From the NCBI GenBank assembly GCA_965203465.1, contig CBDBCR010000003.1, forward strand, positions 224,001 to 288,000: a stretch of 64,000 nt of DNA. The letters are read 5' to 3'. Each line of letters begins with the position of its first letter. Position 1 is the first letter of the stretch. The position numbers and the translations under genes are program-made. Source of the DNA: Nitrosopumilaceae archaeon. GTDB taxonomy: Archaea; Thermoproteota; Nitrososphaeria; Nitrososphaerales; Nitrosopumilaceae. Of the stretch, positions 48,945 to 58,910 are shown piece by piece. The notes beneath the pieces are model-generated. The model was given only the letters and a program-made list of their open reading frames with translations, ran no database searches and had not been told where the DNA came from.

Positions 48945-51584
48945 CTACGGCCGGCGCGACAGGCGCCTGTACGCCAGAACGGCCGCTGCCGGCGATCCCA
49001 GAAGCGAGGCGTTGAACATTATCACCAGCGAGCCGAGCATGACCGTCTGGGCCTCGGATTCTGCCAATTCCATGATTCCCAGCGACCAGAGCGCCGGCTG
49101 CAAGGACACCCGGACGGCCTCCTTGAAGGCCGGGCTGGACCTCTCGAGGTCGGCGACGGCCGGCGAGAACGCGTAATAGAACTGGTTGAAACCGGACATG
49201 AACGCAGAGCCGGCGCCCGTCGAGAGCGCGCCGTCTCGGATCTCGCGCAGCCGCTGCACCTGCTCGGCCGTCTCGGTTCCGTACGCGGCAGTAGCTATGA
49301 GGCAGCCGCCGCCCTCGTCTGCCGGAACCGGCGTGCAGGTTCCGTCGTCTGCGAGGAACGTGCCCGGCCCGCAGACCGGCTCGGCGGTCTCTGGCTCGTC
49401 GGTGATCGGCTCCTGCGTGATCGGCGCTGCGGGCTCCGGCTCGGGTGCAGGCGGCTCTGGATCCTCGGGCGGCGCGGCCGGAGCTGCCGGCTCTACTACA
49501 GGCTCGGCGGGCGGCGCGGGCTGCTCGGCCGGCTCTTGGCGCTCGGCCTCTTGCCGCTCGGGCTCCTGCACCTCGAAGGGCTGCGAGGCCGCCCTCGGCT
49601 CGGGCACGTCGAAGGTCCTCGTCCCGGTGCAAGAGTCGATGTTTACCGATTCGGTGTCCGACGCTATGGTGCGGTTCGATACGAGCGTGGCAGAGATCCT
49701 CGCGAACGACTCCGACGAGCCGAACGGCGCGGTGAATTCGCCGTACCCGCCGACTTCTCCAGACTGCGTCATGCGGACCACGCCGGCCACCGGCATGCGG
49801 AGCGTCACGTCCAGAGAGCCCGACGACGGGCCGGCGACCACCGTCACGGTGCCAGCCTCGCAGTCCCACGAGGCAGACCTGATATAGACCGCTTCTGTTC
49901 CCGCGCCCCCGTCCAGCGTCGTTCCCGAGACCCGGGCGCTGCCGCCCCCGCCTCCGCCGCCACCGCCGCCACCGCCTCCGCCGCTGGCTGCGGTTCTCTG
50001 CGGGGGCGCCGCGACATCGAGGGTCGCGCGCTCTGCAGGGGCGGCTGGCGGCGCGGTCTGCGTGGTGTACGAGACCTGCCACCTGCCGTCGATGTACCTG
50101 AGCGTCTCGTAGGCCGCAGAGGCCAAGTCGCCCCTGGCGTCGAGCTGCGCGCTTCCCATCAGCCCGCGGTGCCCGAGGGCCGCGGCCGGCACAGCGTCGC
50201 CCAAGCCGCCCTCTCCCGTCACCCTCGTGGAATCGGACAGCACTATGGCCTTGCCCAGCACCTGCACCGAATCGTAGGCGGCGTACGCGCCCGAATAGAC
50301 GCGCGTCTGCCGATCGGTTATGCTCAGCCCGTCCTGTATCGCCTCGGTCACCGTCCGGAACGAGGGGTGGCTGCGGTCTGGCGCGTCGTCGATTACGGTA
50401 AACTTGTTCTTTACGAACTCCAGCACCCCGGCCGACGCGCCGTCGGTGACCGGCCAAAACTGCGACCCGTACCAGTCCAGCGCCGCAAGCGCCGGATCCG
50501 CGGCGGCGGCCTCGACGATGAGCGCGCCGTCGGTTGCGAACGGCGCGAGCAGCACGACGGCCTTGCCCCCCGAGGCGGCGGTCGCTATTTCCGACGCGAC
50601 CGACGCGCCGCTGCCCAGCGCGGTTATGGCGGCAGGATCGTAGGCGACGGGCACCACGCGTATGCCCGAGGCGTTGCGCTGCACCGATTCCAGCAGGGAA
50701 GTTCCCCACGGCTCGCCGTCCCGGTGGACCACCACGACGGTCTGCACTCCCTGCCCGGCTAGCCTGCCTATGAAGAACTCGCCCTGGTTCGCAGTGGGCG
50801 AGAGGAACCTGAATATGTTGTCTTGCAGCGCGAGTGCCGACGATACCGAGCAGCAGCTCAGAAGCATCATGCCGTTGTCGCCCGCGTATTGGCGCATGCC
50901 TGCAAGCTCTGACGAGCTGACCGGCCCGAAGACTATCTTGGTGCCCAGCGCGTTCATGCCCTGGAGTTCGGAAAGGGCCGTCGCCGGCAGGGACGCGGTG
51001 TCGCGCGCGTCCATCTGCAACCGCCACTTTGAGCCAGTATCCGCGAACCTCGCGTTGAGATCCGCCACCCCCCTGACGAGCGCGGCCTCTGCGGGAAGCC
51101 CGTAGTCGGCCGCAAGGTCGCCGGTCCGCGCCACCAGGGCGCCCACCCGGACGGTCTCGGTCGGCGCCGGGGCCGCCGGGGCGGCCACTACCGTCACGGC
51201 GAACTCTTGGAACACCCCCGCCTGCCCCGCCGCCGTCGGCATGGCGTACAGGCTCGGAGAGTACGTCGCGCCGACCGCCGCGCCGGCCGGCACCGCCACG
51301 GTCATCTCCACGTCCAGCGTGTCGCCCGCCGCCATCTGCGCGCTCCGCGCGGACAGCTGCGCCGCCAAGGCGTCCCCGCCCCGCACTTCGAACGCCACCC
51401 CGGTAGCTACGGGCGAGGTGACGCGCAGCACCAGCACGCGCTGCTCGCCGGGGTACATTTCGATCTCTTTGTCGGAGGAATAGACCGGATCGTACCCGAG
51501 GCCGAACGCCTGCGGCACCGCAACGGCCGCCGCCAACAGGGTAGCGGTCAGGAGCGTGCGGTGCATTTTATCCACAACTTGCAA
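48945..51584 (-). CDS. large secreted protein: type-1 (LIV-like) substrate-binding domain, poly-Gly linker, CFI-box-CTERM
   Basis: VRVGALVARTGDL, GPVSSS, LALQDNIFRF, AYAAYDSV, GGCLIATAAYG. Confidence 0.82.
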   Translation of the reverse strand: MQVVDKMHRTLLTATLLAAAVAVPQAFGLGYDPVYSSDKEIEMYPGEQRVLVLRVTSPVATGVAFEVRGGDALAAQLSARSAQMAAGDTLDVEMTVAVPAGAAVGATYSPSLYAMPTAAGQAGVFQEFAVTVVAAPAAPAPTETVRVGALVARTGDLAADYGLPAEAALVRGVADLNARFADTGSKWRLQMDARDTASLPATALSELQGMNALGTKIVFGPVSSSELAGMRQYAGDNGMMLLSCCSVSSALALQDNIFRFLSPTANQGEFFIGRLAGQGVQTVVVVHRDGEPWGTSLLESVQRNASGIRVVPVAYDPAAITALGSGASVASEIATAASGGKAVVLLAPFATDGALIVEAAAADPALAALDWYGSQFWPVTDGASAGVLEFVKNKFTVIDDAPDRSHPSFRTVTEAIQDGLSITDRQTRVYSGAYAAYDSVQVLGKAIVLSDSTRVTGEGGLGDAVPAAALGHRGLMGSAQLDARGDLASAAYETLRYIDGRWQVSYTTQTAPPAAPAERATLDVAAPPQRTAASGGGGGGGGGGGGGGSARVSGTTLDGGAGTEAVYIRSASWDCEAGTVTVVAGPSSGSLDVTLRMPVAGVVRMTQSGEVGGYGEFTAPFGSSESFARISATLVSNRTIASDTESVNIDSCTGTRTFDVPEPRAASQPFEVQEPERQEAERQEPAEQPAPPAEPVVEPAAPAAPPEDPEPPAPEPEPAAPITQEPITDEPETAEPVCGPGTFLADDGTCTPVPADEGGGCLIATAAYGTETAEQVQRLREIRDGALSTGAGSAFMSGFNQFYYAFSPAVADLERSSPAFKEAVRVSLQPALWSLGIMELAESEAQTVMLGSLVIMFNASLLGSPAAAVLAYRRLSRRP

Positions 51585-53247
51585 AGAACGTCATCGCCTG
51601 CGAAAGCGCGCCGTCCCCGGTGGGCAGCACCCTGCCGGAGTGAACCACCTTGAACTCTAGTTCGAAGTTTCCGGAGGGCGCCAAGTCGGATCCGACGGTG
51701 ACGAACTGGCCGGGCGCCAGCTCTACGAACTCGCCGCCCGCCTTTACGAACGTGGCCAGCGTGCGGTACTCGTTGTCGCCCGAGTCGGTCCACGCGTCCA
51801 CCCGCAGCCGCACGCTCTCGACTGTCGGGCTTCCGGCGTTGGTCACCGTCTGCGAGACTGCCGGCGACTCTCCGCCGGTCACCAAGTCGAACGACACGGT
51901 GTCGCCAATCGAGACGGCGCAGTCCGACTGCGACAGGGCTATGCCGGCCTGCTGCGGCGAGATCTGCGCGGTGGCCGTGCGGGCCGCGTCCGTATAGTAT
52001 GGCGAGTACGAGGCGCTGCCGCTGATCCTCTCGGCCGGGCCCCTGTCCCAGTAGTTGAACGGCGCGAAGACCGGGGCCGCCGACAGGTTCACCAGATCGT
52101 AGCCGGTGTTTTCTATGAACGAGTTCCTGAACACCGTGAGGAACTGATCTATGGGGGTGTCCACGACGCGGAATATGTCGAGCTGCTCGCCCAGGTTGTC
52201 CTGGTGGACGCCGCAGACGGAGCCGGCGCACAGCAGTATCCCGTTGTGGCTGTCCCGGACGACGTTGTCGTAGATGCGCACGTTCGAGCCGTCCCCTCCC
52301 CAGATCACGACGGCCGCTTCTGGCACGGTTTCCGGGGTCCCGTTCAGGTACCTCAGGGCGTTGTTGTTGCTTACGAATGTGTTGTCGTATATCGAGAGGC
52401 TCGAATCGGCGCCGGCCAGCTTGCCCACGTCGTCGAACGTCTGCTCCGTCGCCTTTTGCACCCCGAACGCCAGCACGTTGGAGATCGTGTTGCCGTTCAC
52501 GTGCGCGTTCACGAGGCCGGCTTTGGCCAGGTTGATCCCCGCGAACGTGACCGTGTCTATGGTGTTGTTGGATATGAACAGATCTTTGTACAGGCCCGTC
52601 TCCGACAGGCGGATGGCGGTGTACAGGCGGCTCGACTGCTGATCCACCGTGGAGCCGGCCGGATGCAGCATGCCGATGTCGCGGAACAGGTTGTCGGACA
52701 CGCGCAGGTTCGTAAAAGCGGCCTGTGGATTCTGGGGCGGCGTATGCGGCCAGGGCGTCGCGGTGTTTAGGCCGAGTCCGTGGTTGCCCGTGTTGGAGAA
52801 CGTGTTGTTTGACACCGTTACGTTGGTCCTGTCTCCCCAGCCTATCTCGATCACCGAGGGGCCATAGCTCAGCGGGGCGATGTCCCTGAACACCAGGTTC
52901 TGCATCGTGACGTCGTCGCCGCGGATCTGAAACCAGCTCTCGCCCGTTATGACGGCGCCGGCCTCTCCGGTCACCGTCATCGGCTTCGAGATGATGCTGT
53001 GGCTCAAATTCGCGTGCGTGCCGCTGGAAAACGTCACGGTGCCCCCCGCGGTGACATCGTTGAAAGCGGCCTGCACTGTGCTTGTCGCGCTACCCGCCGT
53101 GATCGTGATGGCGCTCTGCGCGTATGCTGCCGGGAACGCCGCGCAGTCGGCGCACGGATCGCCTACAGACAAGGCCGCGACTGCAATGGCCAAAACTACG
53201 GCAGGCGCTGAGAGTCGGATGAACCCGCACGGGTTGCGCTTGAGCAC
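51568..53247 (-). CDS. secreted right-handed parallel beta-helix protein
   Basis: Signal peptide; repeated VSNNTF / ISNNTI / VNGNTI / IYDNTF; APFNYW. Confidence 0.78.
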   Translation of the reverse strand: MLKRNPCGFIRLSAPAVVLAIAVAALSVGDPCADCAAFPAAYAQSAITITAGSATSTVQAAFNDVTAGGTVTFSSGTHANLSHSIISKPMTVTGEAGAVITGESWFQIRGDDVTMQNLVFRDIAPLSYGPSVIEIGWGDRTNVTVSNNTFSNTGNHGLGLNTATPWPHTPPQNPQAAFTNLRVSDNLFRDIGMLHPAGSTVDQQSSRLYTAIRLSETGLYKDLFISNNTIDTVTFAGINLAKAGLVNAHVNGNTISNVLAFGVQKATEQTFDDVGKLAGADSSLSIYDNTFVSNNNALRYLNGTPETVPEAAVVIWGGDGSNVRIYDNVVRDSHNGILLCAGSVCGVHQDNLGEQLDIFRVVDTPIDQFLTVFRNSFIENTGYDLVNLSAAPVFAPFNYWDRGPAERISGSASYSPYYTDAARTATAQISPQQAGIALSQSDCAVSIGDTVSFDLVTGGESPAVSQTVTNAGSPTVESVRLRVDAWTDSGDNEYRTLATFVKAGGEFVELAPGQFVTVGSDLAPSGNFELEFKVVHSGRVLPTGDGALSQAMTFFASCG

Positions 53248-53468
53248 CCCCCCCCCCGGAGGATACTATAAAAACCCAATGTTCCGACTCGGGTAAGCGG
53301 TCGGGCCTGAATTCAAGCACGTCCGATCCACGCGTAGCGCTTTTCCGTGACTAGGCTATCCCACGACTTGGCCGCTTGCCGACTCGGGCCGCGCGATCCT
53401 TCCCGGAGCCTGCCGGGCGGAGAAAAAGACGCGCGGCAAAAACCTCGGATCAGGCCGGCGTGTCCGGG

Positions 53469-54560
53469 CTAGAAAATCGACTTTTTGAGGCGGCCTAGGA
53501 CGGTGCCTTTGCCGCGGGCCTGCCCGTCGGGGCTCAGTTCCAGTGCTTTGTCGTAGCACGCCGCGGCCTCCTCGTGCCGGCCCAGTTCCGCAAGCGAGTT
53601 GCTCTTGTACATGTACGCGAAATACGGGACCTGTTCACGGTACGCGTGTATGTCCTCCGGCGCCAGTTCCAGCACCCTGTCGAAGCAGGCCACCGCCTCT
53701 TCGTGCCGGCCCAACTTGGCGAGCAGGTTGCCCCGGTGCATGTGCGCAAAATGCGGAACCTTGTCCGCGGGCGCGCCGCCGTCGGCCGTGGCCAGCTCTA
53801 CAGCCTTGTCGAAGCATGCCAGCGCCTCTTCGTGCCGGTTCAGCTCGTCTAGCAAAGAGCCCTTGTCTAGGTGCGCGTGGACGTCGTCCGGCGCCAGCTC
53901 CACGGCCCTGTCGAAGCAGGCCAGCGCCTCTTCGTGCCGGTCCAGCTCCGCGAGCAGTTTGCCCTTGTGCATGTGCGCAAAATAGGGAACCGGATCCCGC
54001 GGCGCGCCGAGGCCGCCCCGCGCCGGCTCCGTGGCCCTCTCAAAGCAGGCCAGCGCCTCCTCGGGCCGGCCCAGCTCCGCGAGCGAGTTGCCCATGTCGA
54101 TGTGCGCGCGGCGGTGCTCGGGATCCAGCCCTATGGCCCTCTCAAAGCAGGCCACCGCCTCCTCGTGCCGTCCCAGGCGGGCAAGCGAGTCGCCCTTGTG
54201 CTCGTATGCAGGATGCAGTATCTTGTCCGCGTGCTCGCCGCCGCCCGGCGCCAGTTCCATGGCCCTCTCGAAGCAGGCCACCGCCTCCTCGTGCCTGTCC
54301 AGCTTGGCCAGTAGGTCGCCCTTGTCCAGGTGCGGCAGCGCGCCCCCCACCGCCAGATCCGCCGCCCTCCCAAAGCATGCCGCCGAGGCCTCGTAGTCGC
54401 CCATCTTGGCAAGCAGGGTGCCCTTGAAATGGTACGGCACGTAGTCGTCCGGCGCCAGTTCTATGGCCCTCTCGAAGCAGGCCACCGCCTCCTCGTGCCG
54501 GCCCATGTTGGCAAGCTTTATGCCCGCGTTGCGGCTCTTCAGGGCCTCGGACTCCCACAT
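53469..54560 (-). CDS. tetratricopeptide repeat protein
   Basis: Repeated KG.LLA.LGRHEEA.ACF.RA.EL units. Confidence 0.92.
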   Translation of the reverse strand: MWESEALKSRNAGIKLANMGRHEEAVACFERAIELAPDDYVPYHFKGTLLAKMGDYEASAACFGRAADLAVGGALPHLDKGDLLAKLDRHEEAVACFERAMELAPGGGEHADKILHPAYEHKGDSLARLGRHEEAVACFERAIGLDPEHRRAHIDMGNSLAELGRPEEALACFERATEPARGGLGAPRDPVPYFAHMHKGKLLAELDRHEEALACFDRAVELAPDDVHAHLDKGSLLDELNRHEEALACFDKAVELATADGGAPADKVPHFAHMHRGNLLAKLGRHEEAVACFDRVLELAPEDIHAYREQVPYFAYMYKSNSLAELGRHEEAAACYDKALELSPDGQARGKGTVLGRLKKSIF

Positions 54561-55622
54561 CGAGCAGCGCCGCGCCCTTCCTTCTTATACGGTTTTGGTG
54601 CCGGACGGGGTTGTTGCACAATTCCCCCGCGAATCGCCCAAAGCGGCGGATTCCGTCGTTTTGGGGGCTCGGCGGCGGGCGAGGCGGTCCGATTCTGCCA
54701 GGGGCCGTTTCCGGCCCGTCCGGGCTCTTGCCGATTACCCCGCAGCGGCAGTTTCCGCGTCGCACCGGATCCGGTTGAGCGCGCGCACGTTCGACGTTGC
54801 CGCGAGCAGCACGCCGAACCTCTCCTGCGTCTCTTTTCTTGTACCTGCAGAGCAGCCGGTGGGCGCGCGTCTCCTCCGCCCCGAATATGCCCTCGACCAT
54901 CCTGCGATTCCGGTAGCGCCACAGATCGAACAGGGCCGCGGCCCTGCGGCGGAACCGCTTGCCGACGTTGCGCCTGTTGCCGCCGTTCTCCCCGCTCTGA
55001 TCGATGTTGGGGCGCATGTCCGTGTCGAAGGCGGCCTCGCAGTTCCGGTCCGAGTCGTACCCCCTGTCGGCGTGGGACCGCCAGCCGGCGAAACCGCGCC
55101 CCAGTTTCTTGGACTTTTCAAAAAGCGACGGCGGCATGTCGGTGTCGGCCACGTTGCTGGGCGTCATCGCGCACGAGAGTATTATCTGCCGCTTCAGCAC
55201 CGCGAAAACGTGCAATTTCAGGTGCGATTTTACGTGCTCTATGGTCTCTGCCGGTCTTTTTGTCCAGTTTCACCCTGTCTTCGTACCTGTCGGTCTTCAC
55301 GCCGGTGCTGTCCGCCGCCGTGTCGACCTCGCCCGCCCCGCCGATCCCGGCCCGTTCCAGGCACGCGTTGGCGATCGTCGCCAGCACCCTTTCGAGCCAC
55401 TCCATGTCGAGCGCCGCGTGCGCCCTGAAAATGGTCGTGTGGTCGGGAACGAGCCCGTTCAGATCCAGGTTCCACGACGCTGCCGCGTTCTCGGCTTTCT
55501 GGTAGATGCTGAAGTGGTTCATCAGGATGCACACGGCGGCCATTTCGGCAAGGGGGTGCGCTCTTTTCCGGCCTCGGGCTCTTGCGCGCCGGCTCGGGCG
55601 GCGGGTCTTCCCCCACCGTCTA

Positions 55623-57820
55623 TAGCGAGATCAAAAAGTTTTTGCAATGGGTTTTGCAAAGAGGACTTTTTCAACGTCTATGTTGAAGTGGTATAGTTCT
55701 GGACAAAAGTTCGCCGTCAAAACTTGGCGTATCTTTTCGGGCGCTGGTTCATGCACTTGATCGGATCTATGTTGTAGTGCACGGTCCTGTAATGCTCCGA
55801 CAAGTCTTTGCAAAAGTCTTCGAACGATGCGTGGTACTTGTACGAGACGCTCGATCTGCTCTTGACTAGCCACATGTGCTCGGCCGGATTCACGTACGGC
55901 GAACCGACGGGCGTATACCGCAAGACGATCTCCGGGTTGTCGCGCAAAAACTCCTGAACCTTGCGCGATTGGTGGTACGACGCGCGGTCTTCGTATATGA
56001 GGAGCGGCCCGAACCGCCTGTGCGCTTCCTTGAGAAAATCGATGAACGTGTCGGAGTTGGCCCTGTCGTACAGCCGGACCATGTGTCTTGTGTCTTCCAG
56101 CAACAGCCCGTGCGCCGACACTTTTTGGGGGTCGTTGGTGAAGGTTCCGCTTACCGGCGTGCCTTGCTCCGTCCAGAACAAGGCGTTGGACTTGTCGTCC
56201 CTGCGGTGGTGCGACTCATCCCCCCACCCCACGGTGCGCCCTTTGCGCCTGTGGTAGGCAATAACGCGCCTTTCGCGCTTCTGCCACTTGCTCACGGCGG
56301 CCGGGCTGGCGTGGTTTACGTGGACGTACTGTATTTTCTTGGGAGAGAGGTTGCGGCCGCGCATGAGCCTCAGGACATGCCTGCTGCTGTAGCCCACGCC
56401 GGTCTTCCGTTTTATCGCGTCGCTGACCTCGTGCGGCCGCACCCGTTTCCGGGACGCGTCGTCTATGATCTTGTTGAGTTTGTCTTTCCTTACCTTGGGC
56501 GGCCTTCCTGCACGCGGACGGTCGCGGAGGGCGTCCAGCCCGCCGCTCTCGTACCTGTCCACCCACTGCCGCACCCAGTCGTCGGACATCATCAGGCTCT
56601 GCGCAACATCGTCGACTCGCTGTCCTTGCACCGCCACCATGTTGACGGCCACTATGCGCAGGCTGACCCGGGCGTCCTTTTCCTTCTTGAGTGCCTTTTT
56701 CAGCACCGTTGACGTGTTAGTCATGGGTGTAGCCTGATCCCGTAGTAAATAAGTGCGTGAGAAAAAAATTGTTGACAAACCGACGAATTTTCGTCCAGAA
56801 CTATATTCGTTGCAGAAGTTCTCGACCGCGGTTATCCTGTCGTCTGCAGATTCGTAATGTATGAAGTTGAATCGATTCGATTTCAGCACGCTCCAGAATC
56901 TCTCGACGGCGTTCAATTCAGGCCAGCCCGTCGGAAAGTACCTTACGCGCAGCCGGTCGGGGTTGTCTTTGATCAGCTTCTGGACGGCGCACGACCGGTG
57001 TACGGGGGACTTGTCCAGGATGAGGGCGATCTTGCCGCGCTTCATCAAGGCCTTGAGAAAGTCCACCGCCTCTTTAGCGCGGAACCTGTCCGTGATCCAG
57101 CACACCGGCTGCCCGTCGGGGGAGAGGGCCGCAGTCACCACGATCTTGTCGTGCTTTCCGTCGTACCGGGAGTAGACCCTCTGCCCCTGCGGAGACCACG
57201 GGCCACGTTTGTTGTCGTAGTCTAGCGTGAGGTTGGATTGATCCGCCACGTACATCAGAAATCCGTCCTTTCTCAGGCGTAAAATCCACCGTTTCGTGGA
57301 TCTCTGCCACGCTATCACCGCCTCGATCATGGCGCGCCTAAAGTACACCGGCATCGGGACCTTGCGCGTCCATTTCATCTTGTTCAAGCGATACCTGATC
57401 ATGGCAGCGGTGCATTTGACTCCGGTTTTCTTAGTCGCCTTCTCTGCGACAAGGGACGGGATCATGGGGTTGGCTTCTTTGATGAACTTGTCGAGCGTCT
57501 GGTTCTCTATCTTGGGCGGCCTGCCGGAGCGCGGCTTGTCGTCTAGGCCGTCCGGGCCGTGCTTTAGGAACCGGCCGCGCCACGACTTGACCGTGTTGTA
57601 CGACTTGCAGAAGATCTCGGCGACTTCCGTGATCGACTTATTGTTGATCTGGAGGTGCAGCATGGCGAGAAACCTTTCTCGCTTTTTTGCATTGGTCTCT
57701 TTCTTGTAAAGCATGACGAGCTCTTCGTTTGACACCTTCACGCGCGTCGTGAAAAGCATACCCCCTATAAACATTTCGATTTAGATTGATGGATTTTGCA
57801 GAAACTTTTCGCGACCGCTA
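55623..57820 (-). mobile_element. IS630-family element A (outer)
   Basis: TA at 55621-22 and 57821-22; imperfect IRs TAGCG..AAAAGTTT.TGCAA; HTH plus GRPPK, ADQS, LDKSPVH, PELNAVERFW. Confidence 0.88.
55694..56803 (-). mobile_element. IS630-family element B (inner), transposase 55717-56724
   Basis: TA at 55692-93 and 56804-05; IRs TAGTTCTGGAC(A/G)AAA; GDES, EDRASYH, SPYVNPAEHMW. Confidence 0.9.
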
Positions 57821-58159
57821 TACTTGACGTAGCCGACGACGAAACCGTTTTCTGAGGCGCGCGCTTTGTGGTACCCGGGCAAGTAGCCGTCCCGCCGTTG
57901 GTGCTTCAACGGCGGGGTGGCGCTGGCCGCGATCAATAAGCGTAGCGGTTGGAAAAAATCGACAGTTTGCCGGAAAAAACTGATCCGCGCGGCCCCCCTG
58001 CGGGCGCCCGGCCTCGGATGCGACGGAATCCGTCATTCTGGGGAATTATGCAACAACCCCGTGCGCCGATGAAAAACCGTCCCGGACGGCGCGATCCCGC
58101 GGGCCGGACGCGGCGGAATGCGCAGGGCGCGGGCGTTCCGACCCGCATGTTCGGCCCGA

Positions 58160-58810
58160 TCACTCTTCCAGCCGGGCCAGGGCGGCCGCCTTTTCGCGGA
58201 GCGCCCGCTCGTCGCCGGGCTTTATTTCGAGCGCCTCGCCGTAGCACGACGCGGCCTCTTCGTGCCGGTTCAGCCCCACGAGCAGCCCCCCTTTGTACAT
58301 GCACGCAAGGTAGGTAAACTTCTCCCTGCTTTCGGGCGCGTCCGGCGCCGTGGCTATGGCCTTCTCAAAGCACTCCACCGCCTCCTCGCCGCGCCCCAAG
58401 TCCGCAAGCAGTTTGCCCTTGTGCATGTATGCAAAATGCGGGATCCTGTACGGGTACGAGACGCCGTCCGCGGTGGCCAGAGTTATGGCCCTCTCGAAGC
58501 AGGCCAGCGCCTCCCGGTGCAGGCCCAGCGCCGCGAGCGAAGAGCCCTTGTCCAGATGGGCGTAAACGTCGCCCGGCTCCAGATCTAGGGCCACCTCAAA
58601 GCAGGCCAGCGCTGCCCGGTGCATGCCCAGAGCTGCGAGTGAAGAGCCCCTGTGCATGCACGCAGAAAGGAGAACCGCGTCCCGGCTCTCGCCGGCGTCC
58701 CGCGCCATGTCCATGGCGCGATCAAAGCATGCCAGCGCCTCCTCGTGGCGCCCCGCGCGCGCAAGCTCTACGCCCCTGCGGTTTTGCTCCAATGCCTCCT
58801 GCTCCCCCAC
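58160..58810 (-). CDS. tetratricopeptide repeat protein, paralogue of 53469-54560
   Basis: Same repeat consensus including PHFAYMHKGKLLA; shared upstream CAAAACCGTATAAGAAG. Confidence 0.88.
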   Translation of the reverse strand: MGEQEALEQNRRGVELARAGRHEEALACFDRAMDMARDAGESRDAVLLSACMHRGSSLAALGMHRAALACFEVALDLEPGDVYAHLDKGSSLAALGLHREALACFERAITLATADGVSYPYRIPHFAYMHKGKLLADLGRGEEAVECFEKAIATAPDAPESREKFTYLACMYKGGLLVGLNRHEEAASCYGEALEIKPGDERALREKAAALARLEE

Positions 58811-58910
58811 GGGCCGCGCCGCGCCCCGCCTTCTTATACGGTTTTGCCGGCCACCGCGCCCGGGCCGCCCCGCGCGAAAGATACTATACGGCCCCGCCCG
58901 CCCCCGCGCC

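Larger units (their letters stand above)
54605..58062 (-). mobile_element. IS5-family-like element, degenerate, interrupted by nested IS630 elements
   Basis: Terminal inverted repeats ACGGGGTTGTTGCA(C/T)AATTCCCC at 54605-54627 and 58040-58062; transposase motifs ADSTG, ADRGYDS, YRNRRMVEGIFG spread over frameshifted frames. Confidence 0.82.

Noticed and set aside
53469-54560. TPR DNA repeats as a diversity-generating retroelement TR/VR pair
   Set aside because: No reverse transcriptase is present and no adenine-specific mismatch pattern was noticed.
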